A DNA stretch of 64,000 nucleotides from Mobula hypostoma. Its lineage: Eukaryota. Of this stretch, positions 36,820 to 49,739 are shown in pieces. The notes beneath the pieces were generated by a model, which was given only the letters and a program-made list of their open reading frames with translations, had not been told where the DNA came from and made no database searches. Numbering within the stretch: position 1 is the stretch's first letter; every line of letters starts with the position of its first letter. The position numbers were made by a program, and so were the translations under genes. Location of the stretch: NCBI RefSeq assembly GCF_963921235.1, contig NC_086099.1, positions 64,232,001 to 64,296,000 on the forward strand. The letters are read 5' to 3'.

Positions 36820-39497
36820 ATTCAGAGTGCTTTCAATGTTGGTGTTGAATCCATCTGGGTAGAGATTAGGAATAGTAAAAGGAAAAAATCACTGATGGGA
36901 GTTATCTATTGGCCACCGAATAATAACATTACAGTGGCACAGGCAATAAACAGAGAAATTGGATTGATTGAATTTCTCATACAAATGGAGGGTGCAATAG
37001 TTTGATCTAAAACCAGTGTATTATGCCTAAACAATGGAGACTACAATGGGATGAGCGAGGATTTGGCTAGTGTGGACTGGGAACACAGGGTATATGGTAG
37101 GACAGTTGAAGAACAGCGGAGGACTTTTAAAGAGATTTTTCAAGGTGCTCAGTAAAAGTATATTCCAGTTAAAAGCAAGGACAGTAAGAGTGGGGAAAGC
37201 CAGCCTTGGATAATTAAGGAAATAAAAGAAGGCATTAAACTAAAAGCTCATGCACACAAAGGTGCCAAGAGTAGTGAGAAACTGGAAGATTGGGAAAACT
37301 TTAAAAAGCAACCAAGTATCACTAAGCAAGCAGTAAAGAAAGGGAAGCTAGATTATCAAAATAAACTAGTGCAAAATATAAAAACAGATAGTAAAGTGGA
37401 AAAAGGTGGCTAAAGTGAATGTAGGTTCCTTGGAGAACAAGAAAGGGGAATTGATATTGCGCAATGAGGCTTTGAATGACTATTTTGTGTAGGTCTTCAT
37501 GACGGAGGACACATCTAACATGCCAAAGAGAGATGTTATAGATGTGATGGGAGGTGAGGACCTTGATACAATAGTTATCACTAAAGAGGTAGTGCTGAGC
37601 AAACTTGTGGGCCTGAAGATAGATAAGTCCCCTGGTCTTGATGGAATGCATTCCAGGATACTGAAAGAAATGGCATAAGTTATAGTAGAGGCTTTGGTGA
37701 TAATTTACCAAAATTCTCGAGACTCTGGGCAGGTCCTGACAGATTGGAATATAGTGAATGTCATGCCGCTGTTCAAAAGGGGATGTAGGCAAAATGCAGG
37801 TAACTATAGGCCAGTTAGTTTAACATCTGTAGTTGGGAAAATGCTTGAAGCTATCAGTAAAGAAGAAATAGTGAGGCATCTGGAAAAAAATGGATCCATC
37901 AGGCCAATGCAGCATGGATTCAGAAAAAGCAGGTCCTGTTTGACAAACATACTGGAATCCTTTGAGGATATAATGATCACAGTGGATAGAGGGGAACACA
38001 TGGACGTTATTTACTTGTATTTCCAGAAGGTGTTCGATAAGGTGCCACATAAAAGACTTATCCATAACATAAGGATGTATAGAGTTGGGGGTGATGTATT
38101 ATCATGGATAGAGGATTGGGTAAGTAATTGAAAGCAGAGAGTTGTGATACATAGTTGTTCTGTGGTTGACAATCAGCAGTGAGTGGTGTGCTGCAGGGAT
38201 CAGTGCTGGGCCCGCAACTGTTCACGATATACATTAACGATCTGGAAGAGAGGACCGAGTGCAGTGTATCTAAGATTGCTGATGATACTAAACTGAGTGG
38301 GAAAGAAAATTGTACAGAAGACACGGAGAGTCTGCAGAGAGACATAGATAGGTTAAGTGAGTGGGTAAGGGTCTGGCAGATGGAGTACAATGTTGGTAAA
38401 TGTGAGGTCATCCACTTTGGAAGGAAAAATGAAACAGCAGATTTTTATCTAAATGGTAAAAATTGCAGCATATTGCTGTGCAGAGGGACTTGAGGTTGCT
38501 TGTTCACAAATCACAAAAGGTTGGTTTGCAGGTGCAGCAGGCTATCAAGAAGGCAAATGGAATGATGGCCTTCACTGCTAGAGGGATTGAATTTAAGACT
38601 AGGGAGGTTATGCTGCAACTGTATAGGTACTGGTGAGGCTGCACTTGGAGTACTGTATGCAATTCTGGTCTCCTTACTTGAGGAAGGATGTACTGGCTTT
38701 GGAGATGGTGCAGAGGAGGTTCACCAGATTGATTCCAGAGACTTTGAGGAGAGATTAAGTCACCTGGAATTCAGAAGAATGAGAGAAGATTTTACAGAAA
38801 TATATAAAATTATGAAAGAGATAGATAAGATAGAGGCAGGAAAGTTGTTTCCACTGGTAGGTGAGACTAGAATGAGGGGGCTAGAACTAGACATAGCCTC
38901 AAGATTTGGGGGAGTACGTTTAGGATGGAGATGAGGAGAAACTACTTTTGCCAGAGAGTGGTGAATCTGTGGAATTCTCTGCTTAATGAAGCAGTGGAGG
39001 TTACCTCAGTAAATATATTTAAGACAAGGTTGGATAGATTTTTGTATAGTAGGGGAATTAAAGGCTATCAGGAAAAGGCAGATAGGCGGAGATGAGTCCA
39101 TGGCCAGATCAGCCATGATCTGATTGAATGGCGAAGCAGGCTTGACGGGCCAAAATGGCCTATTCCTGCTCCTGTTCAGCGATTCAGGAACAGCTTCTTC
39201 CTCTCTGTCATTCGATTCCTAAATGGACTTTGAAGCTTTGGACACTACCTCACTTTTTTATATATATATATTATTTCTGTTTTTGCACATTTAAAAAAAT
39301 CTATTCCATACACGTAATTGATCTACTTGTTTATTTATTATTATGTTTTATTTTATTTATTATTATTATTACTATTTCTCGTTCTGCTAGATAATGTGCT
39401 GCATTGAACTGCACATTAACACATTTCACGTCACATGCCAGTGATAATAAACCTGATTCTGATTCTGATTCTGATCTCCTATTTTTTATGTTCTTTT
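36820..39497 (+). mobile_element. CR1 LINE ORF2 (partial EN, RT) plus 3' end, decayed
   Basis: ESIWVEIRN..MGVIYWPP; KSPGLDGMH; NYRPVSLTSVVGKMLE; FQKVFDKVPH; SGVLQGSVLGPQLF; IADDTKL. Confidence 0.93.
39174..39475 (+). mobile_element. Rex1-type 3' tail inserted in the CR1 terminus
   Basis: RFRNSFFLSVIRFLN remnant; GATAATAAACC(TGATTC)n end; CTCCT duplicated at 39169-39173 and 39476-39480. Confidence 0.78.
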
Positions 39498-39954
39498 GTG
39501 AATATTGGTGTTATCTTTGACTCTAGCCAGAGTTTCAAACCTTATACTCATGCCAAATTCAGTGCTGCTTATTTTCACTTTTCACATCAGCCTTTTCTCA
39601 GATAATTTCTTTCCAACATGATTTACCATCCTTTACACCTTTAAAGCAACCATGAAAACCTACTGGTTTGGCTAAATTGTGTGATATGTATTCTAATATG
39701 TAGATTTGGGTCAGCATATTACTTTTATATGACTATTCTTATTTGAAATGAATTAGAACAATTTTACCACATTGTCCGCACTTTATGGATAATTATTGTT
39801 TCTATTATTGGTGATAACAATAACTTGTAATACAAAGTCCAACCTTGGAATTGGATGGGACTCAATAGAAGACATCAATGAAGTATGATCTTAAATTGAA
39901 TCATCCAATAATCCAGGATCCCATGATTAATTTTAATTTCTCCTGATGACTTGT

Positions 39955-40110
39955 GATTTCAGTCTCTGAGGGTGACATGAGGGCACTCTACAGGCGGGTC
40001 AACCCATGGAAAGCACCTGATCCAGGCAGGGTAGCTGGCTGAGTACTGAAGACCTGTGCTAATCAACTGGCTGGCGTGTTCACTGACATCTTTACGCTCT
40101 TGATTCAGCA
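39955..40110 (+). mobile_element. Rex1 RT fragment
   Basis: VSEGDMRALYRRVNPWKA..VLKTCANQLAGVFTDIF, homologous to 47810-47960. Confidence 0.75.
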
Positions 40111-40727
40111 GAAGTTACTTCAGTTTACTTGTTTAGCCTTCAATTACAACTTGTAGAAATGCTGAGGTCATTTTAATTTAAATTATTTTAGATTTTCCAA
40201 CTTGGTTGACCAAGATAGCTCTCTGTATTTCTATGGAAAATAATTTTCACATCTGATTGCCCACAGATGATTTATAATGTCTACCTGTACTCTATTACAC
40301 AGTTAGCTTAATGTTATTATTTGTATTCTTTTTTTTAAAGTATGGTTTTGAAAACTATTCTGTTTGTATGTGTAGCAACATCTTTCTGAAAATGAATGTG
40401 ACACTGTTTCTAAGGTATGAAATGGTAATTTTCATTGGGTTGAAATAAAGTAACTATATGTGGAATAATAATCATGAATTTCTTTTTTAAAATTGCTGTA
40501 TTACACCATAAAATTTTTACAAGGTAATGAAAACTGGAAAACATCCCTTTGTTAAAATAGTTCTATTCTTACTGGAAGTACAAAATATACCCCATAGTCT
40601 GTACACTTGATCCTCTGTCAAATTGATTCAAAACTGCAATTTACTTGAACACTTCTATGTTTCCCTCTCCTTATATTATGTTATAAGATCGTAGCTCTTC
40701 CCAAGTATACTATTTCAGAGAAAAATA

Positions 40728-40990
40728 GGAAAGGAAAGGTACGTCGCATCCGGAGTTTCACCGGTTAGCAGACGATTTCTCTCCATGCCTCTCTGACGTA
40801 GTAGGGTTCCGCATATGAGGCAAGTTACAGCAGTGGTTTGTTATTGCCTTCTGCCGGGTGAGTTTCCAAAGAGATCACCAGCTCGTAACCCAGCACAGAT
40901 GGAAAGCATGCAGGGGAGCCGGCTGGATTCGAACTTGGGATCTTTCATCCCAAAGTCTGGCACTGATGCCACTACGCCACCAGCCGGGTC
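40728..40990 (-). mobile_element. tRNA-derived SINE with (CCTTT)n tail
   Basis: A box TGGCGTAGTGG; B box GTTCGAATCC; 12-bp TSD CAGAGAAAAATA (40716-40727 and 40991-41002). Confidence 0.88.
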
Positions 40991-42264
40991 CAGAGAAAAA
41001 TAACTTCACTAAAGAAAATCAAAATAAATCTTAAGAAAATGTATGTTTGTTAATTCAGCTACAGTGATTGATTGCATGCTGCAGTTTCAAGGACATAATG
41101 AATTCTAAGCCATTAAATACAGTTGTCATCTGGAGATGTTTTGGTGCCTGCAATTTATTGAGATCAAGAGTATAGTTGGAAATGTAGAAGTCATTGAACT
41201 GTATTGGCTTGTTTTCTTAAATGGAAGTTTTCTTGTGCTTTTAGGTACTTTAATGTTCTCTTGTCATTTTAAGCATTGCATTATATAGCTGAAGATTGAG
41301 GATAAAAGTCAAATAAAGATGTGTCAAGCCTCATAAGAATGAAAAAATAAACACATCTATCATGTACATTTTATATTATTACTTCCCCTTCACATTCTTT
41401 TAACATTTTATCTTCCCTGTTCACAGTTGACGTTGATATCGTGATATTAACCTGGTGCCATCTGGTTATATGCTATGGCTCCTATATTACACATGAGGTT
41501 AAATACTGGTAGGTTGCTCTACTGTAGACTTCCAGGAGTTCGGGTACCCGGTTACCTTTATTCTCCTAAACTGAATATGTGCTATCTTTGGTTGGCATAT
41601 CATTTAAGGAAGCATTTGAGGACACATCGATGAGATACAGAAAATATTCACTGTGGACATGACAGATCTAAATCATTGTACTTGTCTGAAGAGAATGAGC
41701 ACGCTGTTGTTTAACCCTCCAAAAATGAGAATTTCAAGGGTTAGTTTGATTGGGGCCCTTAGTATTCACACTGGAGGTGTCCAGAATTAGGGGCAATTAT
41801 TAGAAAGTAGCTACAATAATTCAAATAGGAAAACCGCAAGAGACCTCTTTATCAAGAGAATATCTAGAATATTGTCCAATGAGGAATAATTGTTCTGACC
41901 AGCAGAGATGGATTTTGGACAAAGACCTGTAAATGAGAGAGGTTGCAATTGAGTATGCTAATGAGGTCTGAAGGGAAAGATTGTAGGGAAGATATGGTCC
42001 TCAAGAAATAGAAACCTCAGTAACACTTGAATAATGGAATGGTTTGATTAAGTGATGTAAATTCTTTGTGGGATAAGATAACTAAGAAGCGTTGAAACCA
42101 ATGGTATTACCTCTAAAATTACTAGTGGTGTTTTCAGAAATCTTAGATTGTTATATTTTATCCACATCTAATTGAGTAAATGTATAGAATCGGATAATAT
42201 CAAAGACCCAGTACAGCTTGGTGAAGTGGAAAAGCTAATTTATATGGCTCAGCCATCAACTGGA

Positions 42265-42660
42265 TAATTGGTAATTGGTTTAATATTGACACATGTACCA
42301 AAATAAAAATTGCTTTGCATGCCATTCATTTAGGTCATTCCAAATACAAGTACATCCTAGTAGAACAAAGTGAAAAGTGGTAACAGAATACAGCGGTAAG
42401 TATTACAGGCACAGGGAAGTGCAGTGCAGATAGACAAATAAGGTGTGAGGGCCATGACAAGATCATTGAGAGATCAAGATTTATCATATAAGTGGTGCAT
42501 TCATGAATCTTACAACAGCAAAATAGAAGCTATCCTTGAGCCTCATTAGCATATTTTTTGTATCGCCTGCCCAATGGAGCAGAGTGCAAGGGATCTTTGA
42601 TTATGTCAGTTGCTTTCCCAAAGAACAATAAGTGTAGACAGAGTCTATGGAGGGGAGACT
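42265..42660 (-). mobile_element. Rex1-type 3' end, decayed
   Basis: Minus strand SLPSIDSVY..KATDIIKDP..RLKDSFY remnant; repeated CAAT tail. Confidence 0.6.
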
Positions 42661-42682
42661 AAAGAATGATTGGAAACATCAT

Positions 42683-43152
42683 TGTAGTGGTTACTTGAAA
42701 ACAAACTAAAACTGCTGAGAGACTGAGCCAGGGTACTTTACACTGCATGACGTGCTTCCAAATAATGAATTTCCAAAAATCAATCATTTATTATGAACCA
42801 GCAAAGATGAATAATCTTTTAGCAATTAAACAAAACAAAAATAAATTAGCGATACAATGGTCTAACTTGCGGTGTTAAAGCAATATTTGCATTCAAATAG
42901 CGTAACTAGGCATTGTTATAGCATTCCAATTAGCGATCTAGTTAGTGTAACTAATTAGCATATTTAAGCGGTCAACAAAAATATATCATTCGCCGTGGTT
43001 AAAAGGTTAGCTAACTTAGTTAACTAAGACAAAGTGTGAATACGTAACAATACTCATTTGTATTTACCACGCCCCAACCAATGTGACAAATTACTGTAAT
43101 AAATGTGCCACAAAATACAATACAGACAAAAAATAGATACATGGCTCCTACA
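42683..43152 (-). repeat. Putative 3' LTR of the BEL element
   Basis: TGTAG...CTACA inverted ends; purine-rich AATTAAGGGCTGGGA immediately upstream on minus strand; no second LTR available to confirm. Confidence 0.6.
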
Positions 43153-44449
43153 TCCCAGCCCTTAATTATTACACTATAATAATTACAACTACATACTACT
43201 AAAATAGGAGACATGAAATTTTCAAGGACAAACATCTTAACATTTATGCAATATCCTCTTTCTTCTTTCTTTTTCCAGTCAAGCCATATAACAGTTATCT
43301 GGCCCAGAGGTTACCAGCACTTAGCCCAGTACAGAGTGATCTTTACCACCACTCTCTGTCAAGTCTATAAGTCAAGTCAAAATCATGAAACTTCTGGATT
43401 GTAGCTCCTCAAACCTCTGCCTCCTGCAAAAGACAGATCTTGGTTATAGGCTTGTCCAGACAGTTGGTCTTGGTCTTGATACACACCCGCTGGACAAATT
43501 CTCTTTTGTCTAGAAAGACTTGAATGTCTCTTCCCACAATCCATGAGCTTTAAGGTGCTGTGTTGGCAACTATAAGCACAATGTCCCCTGGGAGGAAATT
43601 GTGTTTTATACCTGCTCATTTGTGCTGTTCCTGTAACTGTGGTAAGTTCTCCTTGATTCACCACTTCCAAAACAAGTTAAACCTGTATTGTACCTGCTTC
43701 CATCTACGATGAAGATAAATGTCCTCCTTTTGGAGTTCTCCTGGTGGTAAGGAAGGTGAAGTCTTCAGAAGCAACAGATGGTTGGGTGTTAGTGCTTCCA
43801 AATCATTAAGATCAGATGACGCTTTAGTGGTTGGACGACCATTGATATTAGCCTCTACTTCACATAGGACTGTGTGGAAACTCTCTTAAACAAGATTCTG
43901 TACCTTCATGATGGAAGTGAGGACCTTTCGCACAGCCTTGTTCAATCTCTCCCATGTTTGTCCATGATGAAAACCAGCTGTGGGGTTAAAATCTACTTAA
44001 TTCCTTTTTTTGAAGAAGGACATCGCTGATTCATGATTGATTCCACTTCTCAATGCCTTCTAGCAACTCATGCTCAGCTCCATAAAAATTTGTCACATTA
44101 ACCGGGTGCAGTGTACAAACCTGTCCTTGTCTTGCTGTAAAGAGTCAAAGGGCATTAACAAAGGAACCTGAGTCTAAAGAAGGTACCTCTTTAATGTCAA
44201 CAGTTCATATAGCTAGACAGGTAAATATGATCCCATATCTCTTCACTGTACTCCTTCTGCTCTTCATGTCAAAAGGTCCAAAGTAGTCCACTCCTACATG
44301 TGTAAAAGGAGGTTTATCTGGCGAGACCTTGACCAGAGATAGATTTGCAATGTTCAACCACTGGCAAACAACACACTTATGTAGGATTCTTCCTATAGCG
44401 GTACTAGCACCAGGAATCCATATTTTTGGAGCAACCTGGATTGCATGTG

Positions 44450-44672
44450 AGCCGGCTGGTGGCGTAGTGGCATCAGCACCAGACTTTGGAGTGAAGTCTC
44501 CTGAGTTCAAATCCAGCCGGCTCCCTTGCATGCTTTCCATCCGTACTGGGTTGAGCGTCGAGCTAGCAACTCGGCCTCGTAAAAAAATAAGATAGCCTCC
44601 TAAAAAAAACACCATCATGATGGCGTCCCGATGACTCCACTCAGAGTTAAGGGTTTTCTTCTTCTTCTTCTT
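44450..44672 (+). mobile_element. tRNA-derived SINE with (TTC)n tail, inside the BEL integrase region
   Basis: 14-bp TSD CTGGATTGCATGTG (44436-44449 and 44673-44686); A and B boxes. Confidence 0.9.
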
Positions 44673-47600
44673 CTGGATTGCATGTGGTTATGGCAACCAT
44701 GTTCCACCTTTTGATATACGTGCTTCAGGATGATGTCTGAGATATTAGGATCCTTTGCCTGTGTAACAGAACATTTAGACTCGTCAGGCATGGCTGCCCT
44801 ACTAAGCCGTCCACTAACTCCCAGGACACCATTTTCAAGTACTGGATTGAGCATGAAAATATGGCTGTTCCTTTTCACATGTTCATCTCTTTGCCAACTT
44901 GAAAATTCATCTGGCAATCTCTTTCTTTGGCAAAACCCAGTGATCTCCATTTTAGCCTTTTGGAGCTCATCTACAGAGAAACAGTCTCAGCTGATCTGAC
45001 CTTTGGCCTTCTCTCTCTCTATCTCTCTCTCCAAAGAATACCCTTGTTGTTACTCATCCAATTCAGTCTTAGCAAGAGAGATGGCCACTTGTTTTCTCTT
45101 CCAACTGCAAAACAAGCGCAGGTTCTTAAATCTAAGAATCCAGGGCACTGTTTTCCTCAATTAGGTCCAAGTTGAGAAGTGATGGATTATACGTGTTACC
45201 GCATCCAGCTCCTTTTCAATCTACATTACACCTCTTGACATTTAAATCATCAAGCAGAAGTTCTCCTGAACAATTGGGATTCACAGGCCATTTGCTTTCA
45301 GTCTGAAGAAGATGCATGGCTCTTACAACTATGTCTCATTCTGCAGGAATGTTTTCATTTTCAACCATCTAGAGGCCACATATGCCAAATTGCTTGAAGT
45401 GTTTACATACTTCTATTGCGATTTTTGTGAGACCTTAAGATTTTCTGAAACTTTGTTTGCAACGAAGGTTCATTCTTTATATACTTCAGCACAGAAATGT
45501 TATCAGACCAAAACAGAGCCCTGAAACAGAATATACAACTCCTTCCTCCACAGTGTGTCCATACCGCTTGCCATCATAGCAGCATTGAGCGCCCCATATG
45601 AGGGATGGAAACTGACTAGATTTTCCCACCATAAAAACACTGTGCACCTGAGAACACGTGTTGTGCAATAGGTAGATCTCTGTTCCATAGTCATCTTTAC
45701 TTACGTCTGTAAAGTGGTGTAATCATGCAGCAGTAACTTCTCCAAAATCTAGGGGTTTCAAACATTTAACAACATTGAAGTCTTCCAACTGGCAGAGTTC
45801 TTCCAGCCAGCTTGTCCAGTCATGTGCAACTGATGTTGGTATATTGTCATCCCAGCCAAGGCCTCTCCTATGTAGATCTTGTAGGATCTTCTTAGCACCA
45901 CCAGACTCAAGATTCATAAAGGATCATAGATGGAACTAACTGTGGAGAGGATTCCCCTTCTGGTGAGCGGTCTATCTTGGATCATGATTTTAAAGTTGAA
46001 AGCATCAGACTGAATGCACCATTGTACTCTCTCCACTGAAGGTATATCTTAATCCAAATCCTAATCCTTCATGTCTTTTTCTCTTTGCTTTTCTGGTATC
46101 ATCGTCTGTTGCTTATCTACTTTGTGAGTCAAAAGTCGCCTCTAGCACAAATGGATATGAGATCATTACAGAGTAGCACTGTTTCTTCATTGGGACATTG
46201 ACACAAGGCAGTAATCAATATAGAAACAATGCAAAACCTTATCCTCTGTCTTGCAGATGAACTGTTTTTCATTGTCTTCTGTGCATTTACTAAGAGCAAA
46301 GTTGGCACAGCTCAGTGATGAAATTACTCCAAACAGACGTACCACTATTCTAAAGTCCACTCTATCTTGGCTGAGGTCACCATCAGTCTATCAGAGAAAC
46401 CTCAGTAGATCTGCATCTTCCGCTGGTACTTTAACCTGATGAAACATTGATTCAATACTGGCCATGATCACCACTGATTCCTTCCTAAATCTGGTTATGA
46501 CTTAATCAGTGAGCTAGTGAAATCTGGTTCCTGTAAAAGCTGAGCATGAAGTGATATTCCTGAAAAGTCACTCTGCAGTCAAATACACCATAAAGCTTTC
46601 CTTTTCTAGGATGGTGGGATAAATACCATGATGTGGAATATACCAGATTTTCCCATCACTGTGTTCCAGATCCTCCGCTGGCAGTCTTTCAGCATAACCT
46701 TTGGAGATGACATCCTGCATGAAAGCTGTGAAGTCAGTGTGAAATGACAAATCCTTCTTAAATCTCTTCCTTAGATTTAGAACACACTGTTTAGCAATCT
46801 TCCTATTATTTAGCATTTTAACCTCTTCCTTTCTCAAAGGTAAACTAATCTGCTAGTGGCCATCCACCAATTTTATAGAATTTGTAACCACTCCACGAAT
46901 TTGTGAACCTCTCTTGACAAATTTCTTGACTGCATTCAGGGAATTCTGCCTTGAACTCCTACTGTCAAAGCTCATCCAAGTTCAAAAATGAAATTCTGTT
47001 AACTGTCAGCTCAGGCTGTGCACAGTCTCTTCCATCACCATTGTCTCCTTTGAGTGGTTCCTTCACAATCCAACCAAATATTTTTCTAATTTGATAAGGT
47101 CCATAATTACCACTGCAAATAACTTGCAATGACTCCAGTACTTTAGCCACATTTGTCCCTATCAGCAGTTCAATTTCTGAATCAACCTCTGGCAAATGGA
47201 CATGTTTCAGGTGAGAATTCCCCTGGACACGCATACTTTGCTGTATATAGATGGTAGGTAGTTCACAACAGTTTTCACCATCTAAGCCAGTTACTTCCAG
47301 TCCTGAAACAATGAGGCTACTCACGATCTTCTCGACCTGTGGTGCATAGGAGAGTGTGTGTCCTTTTTCCTGTGAGGTTGAGCTTGTTCATTAGGCCCAC
47401 TGTGAAGAACACTGCTGTACTCCCTTGATTTAGGAAAGTACAGTAACCACTGTCTTGTTATCTTGTTAACTTTCTTAGACTTCACTTGTACTGGAGTTAT
47501 GAGAAGTTTATAATCATGATCACCAGCTCCAGTAAAGCCATCAGACACCAGGGCACTACTCACTGCTGTGTCTGATTCTTTCACGGCTTGTTTAGATTCT

Positions 47601-47719
47601 GCATGCTTTTCATCAGAGTGAATATGAAGTATGGAGGGATGCTTGCCACTGCATACCTTCCATAAAAGATGCGTTCTGTAATCCTTACTGATGTGTCCTG
47701 TGCACTAACAACCAAAGCA

Positions 47720-49134
47720 GATGAACTTAGTACCTTCTATGCCCGCTTTGAAAGGGAGAACACAACTACAGCTGTGAAGATCCCTGCTGCACCTGACGAC
47801 CCTGTGATCTTCATCTCAGAGGCCGATGTTAGGCTGTCTTTAAACAGAGTGAACCCTTGCAAGGCAGAAGGTCTCAACGGAGTACCTGGTAAGGCTCTGA
47901 AAAGCTGTGCCAAACAACTAGCGGGAGTACTCAAAGACATTTTCAACCTCTCACTGCTATGGGCAGAAGTTCCTGCTTGCTTCAAAAAGGCAACAATTAT
48001 ACCAGTGCCCAAGAAGAATAATGTGAGCTGCCTTAATGACTATCACCCGGTAGCACTCACATCTACAGTGATGAAATGCTTTGACAGGTTGGTCATGACT
48101 AGACTGAACTCCTGCCTCAACAAAGACCTGGACCCATTGCACTTTGCCTATAGCCACAATAGCTCAGTGGCAGATGCAATCTCAATGGCTCTCCACATGG
48201 CCTTAGACCACTTGGACAACACAAACACCTACGTCAGGTTGCTGTTCATCGACTATAGCCCAGCATTTAATATCATCATTCCCACAATCCTGATTGAGAA
48301 GTTGCAGAACGTGGGCCTCTGTACCTCCCTCTGCAATTGGATCCTCAACTTCCTAATTGGAAGACCACAATCTGTGCGGATTGGTGATAATATCTCCTCC
48401 TTGCTGACAATCAACACTGGCACAACTCAGGGGTGTGTGCTTAGCCCACTGCTCTACTCTCTATATATGTATGACTGTGTGCCTAGGCATAGCTCAGATA
48501 CCATCTATAAATTTGCAGACGATACAACTATTGTTGGTGGAATCTCAGTGGTGACAAGAGGGCGTACAGGAGTGAGATATGCCAACCAGTGGAGTGGTGC
48601 CATAGCAACAACCTGGCACTCAACGTCAGTAAGACAAAAGAGCTGATTGTGGACTTCAGGAAGGGTAAGATGAAGGAACACATACCAATCCTTATAGAGA
48701 GATCAGAAGTAGGGCGAGTGAGCAGTTTCAAGTTCCTGGGTGTCAAGATCTCTGAGGATCTAACCTGGTCCCAACATATAGATGTAGTTATAAAGAAGGC
48801 AAGACAGTGGCTATACTTCATTAGGAGTTTGAGGAGATTTGGCATGTCAACAAATACACACAAAAACTTCTATAGTTGTACCGTGGAGAGCATTTTTACG
48901 AGCTGCATCACTATCTGGTATAGAGGAGCTATTGCACAGGACCAAAAGAAGCTGTTTTTTTGCACGTTTTTAATCTATTCAATATACATATGCAGTAATT
49001 GATTTACTTGTTTATTTACTATTGTTTTTAAAATTTTTTTGTCTTCTAGGTTATGTATTTCATTAAACTGCTGCTGCTAAGTTAACAAATTTCACATCAC
49101 ATGCCAATGATAATAAATCTGATTCTGATTCTGA
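47720..49134 (+). mobile_element. Rex1/Babar LINE, 5'-truncated, inserted in BEL gag
   Basis: DELSTFYARFE; DYHPVALTSTVMKCF; LFIDYSPAFN; QGCVLSPLLYSLY; YKFADDTTIVG; (TGATTC)n tail; splits BEL VFLKENGV|CFGC. Confidence 0.93.
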
Positions 49135-49739
49135 CACCATTTTCTTTCAGGAAGACAATCTTCTCACTATGAGTCCTTTTCTCCAGATGAGAGCATGAAT
49201 ACAATGCACGTTCCCCCTCGCAGAACACACAAAGCTTTTTGGCTGACGATACTCTTTCCCTTCCATTAGTTCCAGGTTCACACTCAGTTTTAGTTTTACT
49301 TCTCACAATTGTTACAGTAGTGGCAAAGCGGCTTCCTTTAGCCTTAGAACGAAATTGTGACTTAGCTTTGTTCACACCTTTGCTTATTGCAGGCAATGTA
49401 GCATCCTGCATATTCCCAAACACTGAGTGTGTAGCAATCTTTACTTGCCTATCAATAAATTAACAATGTTAATTAAAGTAATCTTATGGTTTTGCCTTTC
49501 TTGCAGTTTACATGCCATCATTGTCCATTTATCCCGAAGCATATAAGATAATTTCTTTATGACAATTGACATGCATGTACTGCACTTCTTCCATGACATT
49601 GCTGTAGCTACTAAGAAATAAACTGTGGTCATGAAGAGCTTTCACATCTAAAGATTTGATAGCTACCCATTAAAGAGCCTTTTGTACATAGGCAGATGTA
49701 ATTTTCTGTTCAATACCAAAATGTTCCAGTAGTAAAGCC

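Noticed and set aside
44449-44523. tRNA gene
   Set aside because: The cloverleaf-like head has a broken anticodon stem and continues into a SINE body with tail and TSD; the same applies to 40915-40990 and 62080-62150.
47669-48646. 325-aa ORF as a functional gene
   Set aside because: Chance fusion of antisense BEL sequence with a 5'-truncated Rex1 RT that is frameshifted just after FADD.
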